NCBI GenBank assembly: GCA_001599295.1 | Contig: BCGN01000012.1 | Span: 1 to 64,000 of the forward strand | Source: Sporopachydermia quercuum | Taxonomy: Eukaryota | Reading direction: 5' to 3' | DNA: 64,000 bases | In this document: positions 36,258 to 48,030 of the stretch, piece after piece | Layout: the number at the start of each line of letters is the position of its first letter | How positions within the stretch are numbered: position 1 is the stretch's first letter | Notes under the pieces: model-generated | The model's database searches: none | Told to the model about the DNA's origin: nothing | What the model saw: only the letters and a program-made list of their open reading frames with translations | Program-made: the position numbers and the translations under genes

Positions 36258-37436
36258 CTAGCTGTAGGTCAATTGATATGTCTCAGTCTCTTCTTCGGGA
36301 ATCTCATCCATACATGCCCAACCATCCTCAGAAACAACATAAGCCAGAGAGCTACCTAATAAAGACACGTTTTCCGCATTGCCAAACATTTCCTTGAACT
36401 TCTTTTGACATTCTCCGGCCGTTATTCTTTTATCAACTTGAGCTGACAAAAGGTTTGATATGAACTTCCATTTTTGTCGTTCTCCTAATTCTAGAAGATC
36501 TTTCAAGAAATCAATATCTCTTAATGTCCATTCGTTGAAACATCGAGGGACTGGAACCACAGAATTGGCTGGATTGTCAACTTCGCTCAAGTATTTATTT
36601 GCTCTCTCGCTTGCGGATCGCGGATCAGTTAGTACTGAGTTATTAGACATTTGCTGTTGATCTTGTTGTTGTTGCTGCAATTGTTTTATTAGCCTATACC
36701 TATCAGATACAGACTGTTCTGTAAACCTTTGAGTGAAACTACTCGACTCATAATTCAGCAAGGCCGTCACTTCCGCTACTGTTTTACCAGAGTCTATCGA
36801 TTGGATTATTAACATATCTTGTTGTTTAGTGAATGTCGGTCTTTGAACACTTGTCGTAAAATTATTCGAGGAGACATTGTAAATATTGGATTGAGCAGTT
36901 GTATATGTCGATGGACTATAATTAGTTATTGATGAGTGCAAATTGTGAATTGCATTACTACTGCTTGTTGGTTCGCTGGAATTCTGATACGAATACGATG
37001 TGTTACTTGTGTTGTTATTGTTGATATTAGTAGGAATTGAGGACCTGACTTGCTGATTATAGGTGTTCTCAGATGTTGTGATAAAACCTGGTTGTTGGTA
37101 GTTCGAGATATTACTATAGACTGTGTTATTTGGTGGTGGTTTTGTATTGTATTGTAGATTCACATCTTGATATCCGCTTTGGATATACTGAGATGGTGGA
37201 ACATTTGGTATATGGTTTGAACTGCTCACATTAGGATTTTGGGCAGAACCTGAGTTGGTGTTTCCGTATGAATAGGAATAAGGATATGAATAAGAATACG
37301 GTGTAGAATAAGGCATTTCTTCGTATAATCCGTTAATCTCAGAACTAGACAAACCGTTATTATTATTCCCTGTAGATATGCTATTAAGTCTCGGTAGCTT
37401 ACTGCTCATTTCTGAAACGAACTTTCCCACCACCAT
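36258..37436 (-). CDS. Asn/Ser/Gln-rich protein with C-terminal Myb/SANT-like repeats, resembling Candida adherence factor Aaf1
   Basis: 392-aa ORF with a low-complexity N-terminus, FTKQQD...SVSDRY and EWT..D..FLK.LLE.GE..KWKFIS...ECQKKFKEMFG repeats, and an LGSSL.YV...GW tail. The Aaf1 likeness is from memory only. Confidence 0.65.
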   Translation of the reverse strand: MVVGKFVSEMSSKLPRLNSISTGNNNNGLSSSEINGLYEEMPYSTPYSYSYPYSYSYGNTNSGSAQNPNVSSSNHIPNVPPSQYIQSGYQDVNLQYNTKPPPNNTVYSNISNYQQPGFITTSENTYNQQVRSSIPTNINNNNTSNTSYSYQNSSEPTSSSNAIHNLHSSITNYSPSTYTTAQSNIYNVSSNNFTTSVQRPTFTKQQDMLIIQSIDSGKTVAEVTALLNYESSSFTQRFTEQSVSDRYRLIKQLQQQQQDQQQMSNNSVLTDPRSASERANKYLSEVDNPANSVVPVPRCFNEWTLRDIDFLKDLLELGERQKWKFISNLLSAQVDKRITAGECQKKFKEMFGNAENVSLLGSSLAYVVSEDGWACMDEIPEEETETYQLTYS

Positions 37437-40400
37437 CTGATATCAAAAAGGAGCCTTAAAGAACTGGAAACAAAGAAAGAAAATATAAGAAAGCAAACAC
37501 CGCCACTACCAATTTGTTAGTTCGATCTTAGTAATCTTCTCTCTGATAATGTCAATTTGAAATGAGCGAATTGTTTTGAATGATTCAGATAGTTCCAAAT
37601 ACTAACACTTGTCATTTATTTGCAATGCCCACAACAAAATAGTGCCTCTTTTGATCAACACGCAATCTCAGATAAAACAAGAATCTATAATAACGCTGCG
37701 AATTGTTCACAACAGTTTTCTGTAAATCTCTGATGTTTATCAAACCATCAAACACTTTGTCAATGAAAACCAATGATTCAATGAAAGTTTCCGTAAATAG
37801 AAACTGTTTTACATTAGATCGCTTATGGATGGATATAGGAAATAAAGATACAGCATATTTGACGTGCCAAAAATTGTAAAACAAAAGAAGAATGTGGAGA
37901 ATGCAAAATAAAGATCAATGATATTCAGATGGTAGAAGAGCAATTTTCTATGTAAACAACCTAAGGAGTGAAAGAATAGAGAGAAGGAAAATCTGGACAT
38001 GGACAAGTTAAACTCATAAACTGAAATGAAAATTTTCTGCAAGCAAACTTTAATTATCAAACTTTAAAAGTTAAAGGTTTTGTATATACTTTAAAAACTC
38101 AGAAAAAGGCAGGAAGGATGGTAGGGGATTACGGGAGGTAGAGTTTGTTTCGGAAACTGATGTAGGCTAGTAGCTCGAAATTATAAGAAATGTTACTTCC
38201 TTTTTGTTATATTATAGCTGTTGTTGCTAGAATGGTTGTAGTAAACAAGTTGGGGAAGTGGTGTTTGAAAAATGGCATAGAAATAAAGTTATAATATAGT
38301 CCATGAAGGCGTGGTTTAAACTATATGTACAAAGCTTCATTTAACTTTCAGAAAATCAACGTTATTAGTGAAATGATTAACCTAACTGTGGACGAACGAT
38401 AAGTTCAAGTGAGTTTGTCTGCAAGTAAAGGAATTAGGACGTGTGATCATATTAAAGTTATGACTTATGTGAATGAGTGAAAGATAGAATCGGGCATTGG
38501 GGAAAGCATTTTTATACCTATATTTTGATCTTGACTGCAAAGAATCAAATCCAATTTCATAATTATTTTTAGAAGCATTGTGGAACTCAAGATGTCTCTT
38601 AAGACATACTCAAAACTATCAAACGCCATGTTTGGTCTTTATTTTTCTAGTCCATAATGTGCACAGAATGTTTCTGATCAGCTTTAAGTGGAGTAAACCA
38701 TAATTACTATAGCTGAAAACTTAAAGTACAATTCACATTTATTTTTGAAAATGAACAATTGGACCAGGCAAAGTGCCAAAGCGGAAAATGGGGAAAGAGA
38801 ATGGACAGTTGAGTCCAATTCATAAATTTTATAGTTCATACTACCTTTGCTAGCTGAAAGCAATATCTTATCGCTAGGAATAAACTCCGCAATTTAGGCT
38901 CCTTCATAGCACCAAAAGTTCAAGCAGTTGGATTGGTTATTGATTTATCCAAATTGATGGTGCTCCCACGACAAGTCAAGCCAAAGCCTTTTGACTTATA
39001 TACCAAACATGCATATACTCTCAATTTATTTTAATAATTTTTACGACTATTCAAGAACGTAGACACGTATTTCCATTACCTTACTTCAAATAATTCATAC
39101 CAACAGAAACGTTTAGTCTAGTGGTTCAACTGTTCTTTAACGAAAATTTGTGTAGTTACACTTTCCACCTGATAGGTTTCCGATCGGTTATAAAATTCAC
39201 GAAGATTTGCATTTGAAAAAAAGGGTTATATACCTAGATTTAGAGTTTGAACAGTGTTTCAAATTTAAGTTCCATGTCAAACTTATGAAAGTATGTAATC
39301 TCGTTTAGTTTAGTTGAAATCTAATTTCAATGCATCAAAGCGGAACTTTAAATTCAGGGCAAGATTGGTTCTGGTTGTTTGTACTGTTCCGACTTGAACT
39401 TTAGTTAATCTGACAGTTGCTACAAGCTTCGGAAAGGAAACAAAACAATATTGACTGTCAAAATGAAATAAATCTGCCGTTAACCTCCAGTTTAAGATAA
39501 GAAATTAATCCCCCCCACTTTTATCTTTTTTGGAAAGGTTTGCTATCCCAATCTATTCAGATTAGTGAAAGTGCAGTTATTTCCATTCTTATAGGCTATA
39601 AATTGGTATCATAGGTTCGAAAGCATAATTTCGAGATAGATAGTGAAAACAGGATAGCAATTGAAACACTCTTATTTTATTTCTACATTTTAATTCTTCT
39701 TTAACTGTTCTGAATTGCATTTTTCGATAGAAAAGAGTGATTTGTAATTGTAAAATGAGATTTTATCTATTATTATATGAATTGCTACATCTTTTACACT
39801 TGTTTACGAATCAAAGAAGAGTAAGGTTAAGCACAGCAAGCTACAGCCAGCAGCTTGGAAAAGAAGCTGAAAGTATCCATATCTCTCAATTGAGTTTCAC
39901 CTTAAGCTTACTATGCTCCTGGATATCATATAGAACAGACTTTACATACTTGTAAGGATCTCCTTACTAGCTCTTCTAGTCGATATAAATTTATTCACTG
40001 AAGACAACAAAAAGTCAACAAACTGTAACCTGATGAACAACACAATTTCTACAGTACCAGTACCAGTGCTTTACAAGTCATAATAATCTCTTTCGAGGAT
40101 GAGTGTTATCGACGTTTCTTGGAATTATCCGTGCTGAATCTTCTGTTTGTATCTTATAAACACTGCAACTGTCTAATCAGTGTAAACGATCTTCCAATTT
40201 TATGGAGCAACATAGATAGTAATGAAACGAAACCCTATTCTACCTGAGATTATGTTAGCGCTTTCTAGAACAAATATTTTGACAGAATAAACCTTCTAGA
40301 TTGTCGAAACAAAGTACTCATTTTAAATTAACTTAAACAAAAACACAAACAAACCTGAAATGGAAACTTGATACTTNATGTTTTATTGAGAATTCATTAT

Positions 40401-43400
40401 TTCCATAGATTTTTACCTTGCTCAAAGAATTTAAGTAATGTTTCTCGAAATACCACCTCAATTAATTTACCAATAGTAAATTTATCTATTGAACATAAAC
40501 GTCTGTTTTCCTTTATATACTTCTTTAACGGCAGATTCCCGGCCCGGTATATATTGGTGAGAAACACACTTTACGAAGCACGTCTAAACTAAAAAAAGAT
40601 GCCTTTAGAACCAATCCTCGATGAAACGATATATTCGCATGTTAAGTGGCTGCTCCTACCTAAAAAACTCGCTTCACATTTGTCCTAACAAACAGTTAAG
40701 AAAATCACACCTAAGAGCTCACAGGACAAAGTCACATATTCTCCCTTTTTGCTAGTTTTCCGAGCCACTAAGATAGGAAAAAATGGAAGGGAGTGTTTAA
40801 ATACCAATATATCAAGAATATCAATGGTAATGAAAAGAAGTTTACTCGTATTCAGTCCAGTCATCAAACAACTCTTGAATTAACAATTGACCACCTGAGC
40901 AGCACATAATCTAGAATATAAAGTTCGGAGTTTTGATTCATTTACTTCATTGGGATAAACGTAAATTTGATGAGCTGATATTTCAAATTTCTCCATGTTA
41001 TAAAGTATTAAGTATACCATGAATAGACTCTAAACGACTTCCTTTCTGGTATAAAGTTTAAACCTCTGAGAACTTTANTGATCAAAATAGGTTTTTTTAC
41101 GGAATATATTGACACTCTTATTTGAAACTTAAGTTCTAAGGAGTTGGCTTCTTTGAAGATCGCTATCTTTCATGAATTTTCATGAGCGCTCACTCATTAT
41201 TATTTTCATCATTAATATGCAAGTTTCATGATTGCAAGCTTACTTGTAATGATTAGTCTTTCCTGCTTTCTAGTTTTCAGGGTTGAAGAAAAGTAACTGT
41301 TCATTGCCATACGTTCGCACTTAATGTTGATAATTTTATTTCCAGGGCAAAAGAAATATATTGGACTGAGAAAAAGTAGCATTCATTGAAGTTCCAAATA
41401 TTTTGTGGGAAAGACCTACCTGATCTAATATTTATATGTTATTGCTGTTTTTTAATGTAGTATAGTTTCCTGATTGAAATAATAATCAGGAAAATCAGGA
41501 AACCAGCCAATAAGTGTCAATACTGGGACCATAGAATATGGAAGAGAAACTCCTCAGGTAGTATGGCAGATTCAAAACAACAATAATTTCTTATTTTAAT
41601 ATTGATCCAATGTAGGTTTTCTCAATAATTCTAGTTTTAANTTCTTTCTTTAATTTTTTTTCTCTTCCAAAAAAGTTTTCCGTTCTTTTTTTTCTTCTTT
41701 TGGTTGATTGAGTAGTCGAAGTAGAAAGCAATAGATCAAAAACTTCACCATATATATATGACTCATCATCCTTACGATTCTACTAGAAGGAACAATAGGA
41801 AAACCAACGTGATTACAATTGCTGCTTGTTCATTGTCAAGTAGGAAATAAAGCTACAAACAGATTATTACCGGTAAACAGCTTGTGCCTTTCCATTCAAC
41901 ATTGAACTTAGCCACCGAAATTAATTCTTATGGGATTCCAACCAATATTGAAACATATATCCCATAACCTTCCTTTTCAACAGAATCATGATATCCTTAG
42001 AAAAATTGGAAACAACATAAGAAAGAGGTTACTTATTGCAGAAAATAACTTACTTCTCTTCTATGGCAAATTCCAAAAAATAGAATCTCTTTTCTTTAGA
42101 AAATACACAGAGCGCGTGAACCCTCAATTCAATTAAATAATTCTATTGAGATTCGGGGATTTGGGGATTTGGGTTCGATCAATGAGTTAACTGTAAAAGT
42201 AAATTAAACTACGTCTTTCATATTGAATTCTTTGATTGCCAACTAGAAGCTTCTCTCCTCATACAATGGCCGATTAGAAAACAGCTAAAGTACGTTCCAC
42301 TTGTAANATGATAATCTGAAAACGAACTACTCTATAGAATCACAGACCAGATAGTAATAACTTCTAACTCTGTATTACGTTAATGAGCACCAGACAAGAT
42401 GTTATGAGTCCTAAACAGAGGAATCCATCATAAATCTTCAAGCAAATACACAAAATTAATTTTTAAAATAGGAGACTAACTAGTAGCTGGTGCGTGAAAG
42501 ACTTTAGCAGGTACAGATTTGCAATTGAGTGTTCTACAGTGAAAAAAATGCCCTGGATTGTGAGGGGGTGTAGTGATTCATCATTTTCCTTTTATCACCA
42601 CTTGTTGAAATATTTAGAATCAGCTCATATGGTGGTGCACAATAAGAACACTCTCAGTATTCCCTGAATATACGAAGAAAAATATACATATTTATGGCAA
42701 ACTGAAGCTCATTAGGTAACAAAAGATAGCATCATAGAACTGTGGGCTAAGCACTCGTATGACCAAAAGCGTCAGAACAACTTGAATGAACTAACGGTTT
42801 TATTTAAAAATAATNACTACTGGCATTTCAAGACNGAGAAGTAGAAAAAAAAACAATAAGGATATTGCACAAGTTTGTAAAGTATCTAGAAGTTTACTCA
42901 AAAGTGATATAATTGATTATATCGAAGTCCACGTGAAGAAGTTGTTATATCTCACAATTGACAACGTGACTCAACTATTCAATTCTGAATGAACCAGAAC
43001 CCGAGGTCTATATAAACAAGAAACATTAATAAATAGCGTTGCACTTAGAGTTAAATTTGACGTCAAACACCTTTTCAGGCAATTTGGGGTGCATATCAGA
43101 TATGATTATGGTTTAGACGGGAAGCATGAAAGTTGTATATTTCTGAATCTTAGACATAACTCTAAAACAACTAAACTTCTGTTCCAAAGCCTCCTATTTG
43201 GCTTAATAAGCAGGAGGCCTTCGAACAGAAGTCGAAAATAGAGTTCCTGAGAACTTTTGAAATATGCANTTCTAACTGTTCCAACCAATGCTATCATTCT
43301 CTAGTTCTCATCTTAGTAAGAAATATTGTGGAACATCCTTTTTTTAATGAGATACTATATATACTACAGGTCACATATACTCATTTTTCTCGTACCTACA

Positions 43401-43875
43401 TGAGCTGAATTAAAGTTTCATCTGTTGCTTTCCGACAACAACTCAACTCGAACTTAGTCTTTCTCTACTTTTGTGGAAATTTCACTCTCCAATAAAATCT
43501 CTTTCTCTTCAGCCAAATGCCAGATTGAAGTTCTATACTCAATGCATTAAACATCCGCAGTGAACTTTATAACCGAAATTGACTATGGATAGNTGTCTGA
43601 AATCCTAAATAAGATTGAATTATTAGCTGGGAAATGGTATACGCTAAAGCTTAACCCAAACTTTATTTACTCTCATCGAATTTTAGCCAGCCAAAGTATC
43701 AAGAACGAGATTTACTACGATCTATTTACTACATTCCTGAGTATTGACAGCCAATATTCAGTAGTGTTCAGGAAACTCATCTCCCTAACTCCTAAGTATA
43801 ACTTCCAGCGTATCTAACCAAAGATTATCTCTGAACCTTTCTATAGGGTCTAAGTCTAAATAATATAGTTGAAGC

Positions 43876-44973
43876 TTACAAATCTTCGTGTCTTTCAATG
43901 AATTCATCCGTTGCATCAACAAACTCTTTCGGCTTTTCACTTACAATCCAATGTCCACAGTCAAAGTCTCGAATTTCGAATGAAGGAAAGAAAGACCCAA
44001 TAACGGGGAGCGCTTCATCAGCAACATAGTGACTTTGAGAGCCTCTCATAAAACAACTTGGCCCATAAAACCGGCTCTTGGAACTATCGAAAGGAAAGGA
44101 TGCTATATGATCCAAAGCCTTACTTAATATTTTCAAGGGAATTCTAAATTTATAATCCATCTTATTGGATCCATCATCTCTTTTAATACGCTTCAAATTT
44201 GTCAGGATAAACTGTTGAATTGTTAAGTTGGGCTCAACTTCGTTCAAAATCTTGTAAGCTTCTTTGGAAGATTTCACACCTACTCTTTCAATTTTCTCCA
44301 TAGCCCGCATATACCTTGGGAAGTTTGATGATAAGCTTGCGTCGATAGGGGCATTATCTACGGAAAATACGTATTTAATGAGTTTAGGTTGTCTTAATGC
44401 TGCTCCCATTACCGTTTTGGCGCCCATTGAATGCCCAATAGCAACAACGNTATTTTCAGGACCTTCTCTTTTGAGCTTTTCAATCTCATCACCTTGGAAT
44501 TCGTTCCATTCTTTCTCACAGTCTTTCTGAACAACCTTTTTGATAAAATGCTCAACATCAGCCGCCAAAGCTGGATAGTCATGACGTGATATATGTGGAC
44601 TATCACCATGATTCCTTAGATCTAAACAATAAACATGCCTATTCAACCTATTACTAAGTATCTTACTCACTGTTCTGTTGTTCATTTTCGACCCAAACAA
44701 ACCATGTAACATAAGAATTGGGGTTCCCAATATTGTCTTCTTCGAGTCAAATCTGTCAGGCTCGTGCCTCTCGTAAGCTAAATCAACAACTGGGATATCT
44801 AGTGAGTAAGGATCAGAGTCAGCCCATAACCATTCATCTTCCTTGGTAGATCTGAGATTGTTACTGTACATCCTTATACTCACATGGTTGAACATTGGCG
44901 CAGTTTTATGCGAATTGTTGGCACCCAGCCTTAAACATGCTCTGGTTGTATTATGCAATAACTGGATTGTCAT
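43876..44973 (-). CDS. IMO32: Mitochondrial alpha/beta hydrolase of the IMO32/EAT1/ABHD11 family
   Basis: HGLFGS, DLRNHGDSP, nucleophile elbow GHSMG, DNAP and GHW catalytic His. The first ATG is at 44973, followed by a presequence-like N-terminus. Confidence 0.88.
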   Translation of the reverse strand: MTIQLLHNTTRACLRLGANNSHKTAPMFNHVSIRMYSNNLRSTKEDEWLWADSDPYSLDIPVVDLAYERHEPDRFDSKKTILGTPILMLHGLFGSKMNNRTVSKILSNRLNRHVYCLDLRNHGDSPHISRHDYPALAADVEHFIKKVVQKDCEKEWNEFQGDEIEKLKREGPENXVVAIGHSMGAKTVMGAALRQPKLIKYVFSVDNAPIDASLSSNFPRYMRAMEKIERVGVKSSKEAYKILNEVEPNLTIQQFILTNLKRIKRDDGSNKMDYKFRIPLKILSKALDHIASFPFDSSKSRFYGPSCFMRGSQSHYVADEALPVIGSFFPSFEIRDFDCGHWIVSEKPKEFVDATDEFIERHEDL

Positions 44974-45514
44974 TTTAATTGATTGATGGATAATGACTAA
45001 TGTTTGCAATTATTTTGTCTCTATTAGTATGGTGGAATCCTATCGGTGAACGCACAGTCAAAGTATTACGTGGAACTAAGAATGAACGCATAAACTAGTA
45101 AAAGAAGTAAACAGTATGTTGATTTATTGAACTCCAACAAGAAAAAAAATAAACACTTAATTTTAGTTGTGGAACTGTAGCAAAAACACTACATGATATT
45201 TCACTAAATTAACAATTAAGTAGTTCTACGATCAATTTCTTCGACAAAACAGCTCTCAACTCTCAGTTATTCCTGCCATACCGGAAACCATAATGTGCCT
45301 GCTCTTGGGCATATCTCGGAAAAGATAATACATTTCAACATTTTGCTCAGTATCGTTTCCGAACTATCCATCATTATTTTATATATCTTTAGTCAATTCA
45401 ATTTTCAATAACGATAGTATTAATTGCTATGAGATTAAATCGAAAGAATAAGAAATTGAAAGAAGAAGCAGCTTTTCAGAGAGAACTCAGTTTTAGTAGA
45501 ATATTTTGTATGTT

Positions 45515-46844
45515 TCATCGATAGCTACCAGCAAATAGCGCGAACTTCAACTTGTCGATCTTACTTTGATAGACACATTTTAACCATGTTTGGAACCCAG
45601 AAGCTTCACATTCTATGATGGAATAAACAGATCCCAGAGCATTCCTAGGTTGAGCGAATATTGAAACAGGATACTGAAAGTCTGTTGGTGACGGGTTATA
45701 GGTTGAGCGTGAATCAGAGGCCATAGATACTGGCCGGGGACAAGAAAAATCATCAGCCCTGCTGTGCACCAGGGTACTAAATGGTTTGATATTGATGCAA
45801 GTGTTGGTGCTACTTTGGCGGTCTGTACTATCAATTTTGCTAATTCTGAACAAGGAAGGGTTAGTTTATGTAATCAACACTGAAATCAACTGTTATACGA
45901 CATTGGTAAGGTTACTGTTTGTTCTCATCATTTACAGAGTTTCCGCGATTTGTTATTTTGCTATATAGAATTCCAACAGCCCGTGTAAATTTCTTGAGAA
46001 AAAGTAAAGGATACTGCAAGAGTGATCTATTTTGACTTGCTGGCTTTTTCTCGTCGTTATTAGGTCTTGCGATCGTTTCAATAGTCCTAGCACCATGTAT
46101 TGATACTTCATTCTTATTACTATTATCATGTTGTTTTTCACTAATTGAAGCCGTTGATTTGCTGATTTCACTGCTAGAAATTTTATTTTTGCACAGTTTT
46201 CTTTTATCATCTTTATTGAAAAAGAAGCTCAAAGAAGTTTCTGATCCTTGTACTGGTTCAATTTCTTCCTTTTCAATGCTTCCCTCTTTGATTTTGATCC
46301 CTGTTGTCTTTGGAACCATTCCATTATTTCTTTCGCCAATGAATTCCTCTTTCGTTTCACCATGATCTTTTCCCTCTTTGCCACTCGATTCTTGTTCTTT
46401 ACACTCCTCATCACTGAAAGATTGAAATAAACTAATTAGTTCACTTTTTCCTGTTGACAGGAAGTCTGTACTCCTCACAAGGCTTCTGTTGTAGGTTTTT
46501 TTTGGAATCTTCAAAAGAATTAGATGTTGATTATGAACACCATTGTTCCGTACGAACAGCCCTCGTTGTTCAGGCACAACTCTTATCACCGTTTGATTTG
46601 TATCAGGAGTAACAATTTCTTTTTGTTGATCCTGCAGATCCTGTTGATGGTTATTCAACTTGTGTTTCTTTATATCATTGAGCTCATAACACCCACCGTG
46701 ATACTCTCTGTTCCTTTTCCTACTATCGGATTTGTTAGCGATACCTCTGTTCTCTTCTACGTTCCCATCACATACTATAACTGAACCACTCTTCTTAAAG
46801 GTCTTTCTTGTATAACTATTCTTACTACCAATTGTAGTAAACAT
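45515..46844 (-). CDS. Hypothetical hydrophilic protein, two exons (about 419 aa), no recognisable family
   Basis: Exon 1 is 46844..45916. A 70-nt intron at 45915..45846 (GTAACC, AACTAAC at 45866..45860, pyrimidine tract, CAG) joins two track ORFs in frame (CA|A). Exon 2 is 45845..45515. Confidence 0.65.
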
Positions 46845-48030
46845 ATTTGGAATAATGTTAAGCAAATTATCAAAGCAATCATATGATCAAGCACTGCTAG
46901 AAACCTATTGTTGAATCATTCAGTTTTCTNGTTATTTCAGCATCACCTAATAGAGGATGTTCCATAATGTCAGTTAAGATATCAACACTTGGCCGAGTAT
47001 TTAATAGCTCTATCAGTCAATATTACACCTCTTTCAAGGTATATCAATTGATGTTGGTAGCAGCAAAAGGAGCAAAAACACAGAGAATAATAAGAATACA
47101 CAAATAGCTGAATCAATTTGTTCAAGTAAGGTTTATATTTTATGCAGCGTTTCTAAACTGTGGAAGTTTATTAAGGAAGTTTAAAACCATGGTGAAGAAT
47201 GAAAAAGAAGGACAAGAAATGTCACAAGACAATGACAGTTTGTTTCTAGCGTATTAAGAAAGATGAATAACNAGATGCTAATGAGGTTTATACCGATAAT
47301 CTTGAACACCTTCATTTAGCAATCTTTCAAAAATAATGCAAATAAAAACAGAACTTTTGCACTTGCTAATTGATGAAGTATTCTATAAAATTTANAGATT
47401 AGTTAGTCTTAAACTCTATCTTCTTGAAGTAAACCTTAATTTTGTTATATAATCAAACTCACCAAGATAGCAATTTTCCTCATTATTACTTCTGAAATAT
47501 ACTAAAAAAGGCTAAACAACAATCAGACAAACAGTTTATTGTTAAAATGATCTATTTCTGTTAAAATTTTGTTCAAAGAATTTTTTTTTCCGTATTCTGT
47601 CCCACGAAACATTTATCTTATATGTCATTTTCTCTCTAATCACAATCTCCAATCAATAGTCTCCCGATGAAGTAGAAGACAGTTCACATTCCTAAACAAT
47701 AATAGAACTCCCGTATTTAGACACCGTGAAATTCCGGAGACTATCCCCATATCTCCTCCTTTTTGAAATTTTTTATTATCTCTTTTGTATTTTGTTCGAG
47801 AAAGACCAGTCTTTCTAATTCAAATGACAATCAACCAAGCCATGGAGTAGTAGTTCAGATATTTATNTTTTTGAATGTTTATCAAATCAATAGCGGATCG
47901 TTAACTAATGGGTAAATTTTTACATGTTTTTTATTTACGTTTCCCGGACATTTCTTCTTTCTTCCATTTAGCTTCTTCTATATCACAATCCACTCATAGG
48001 TCCTAATCTGCAAACAGATAATTGTTTTGC

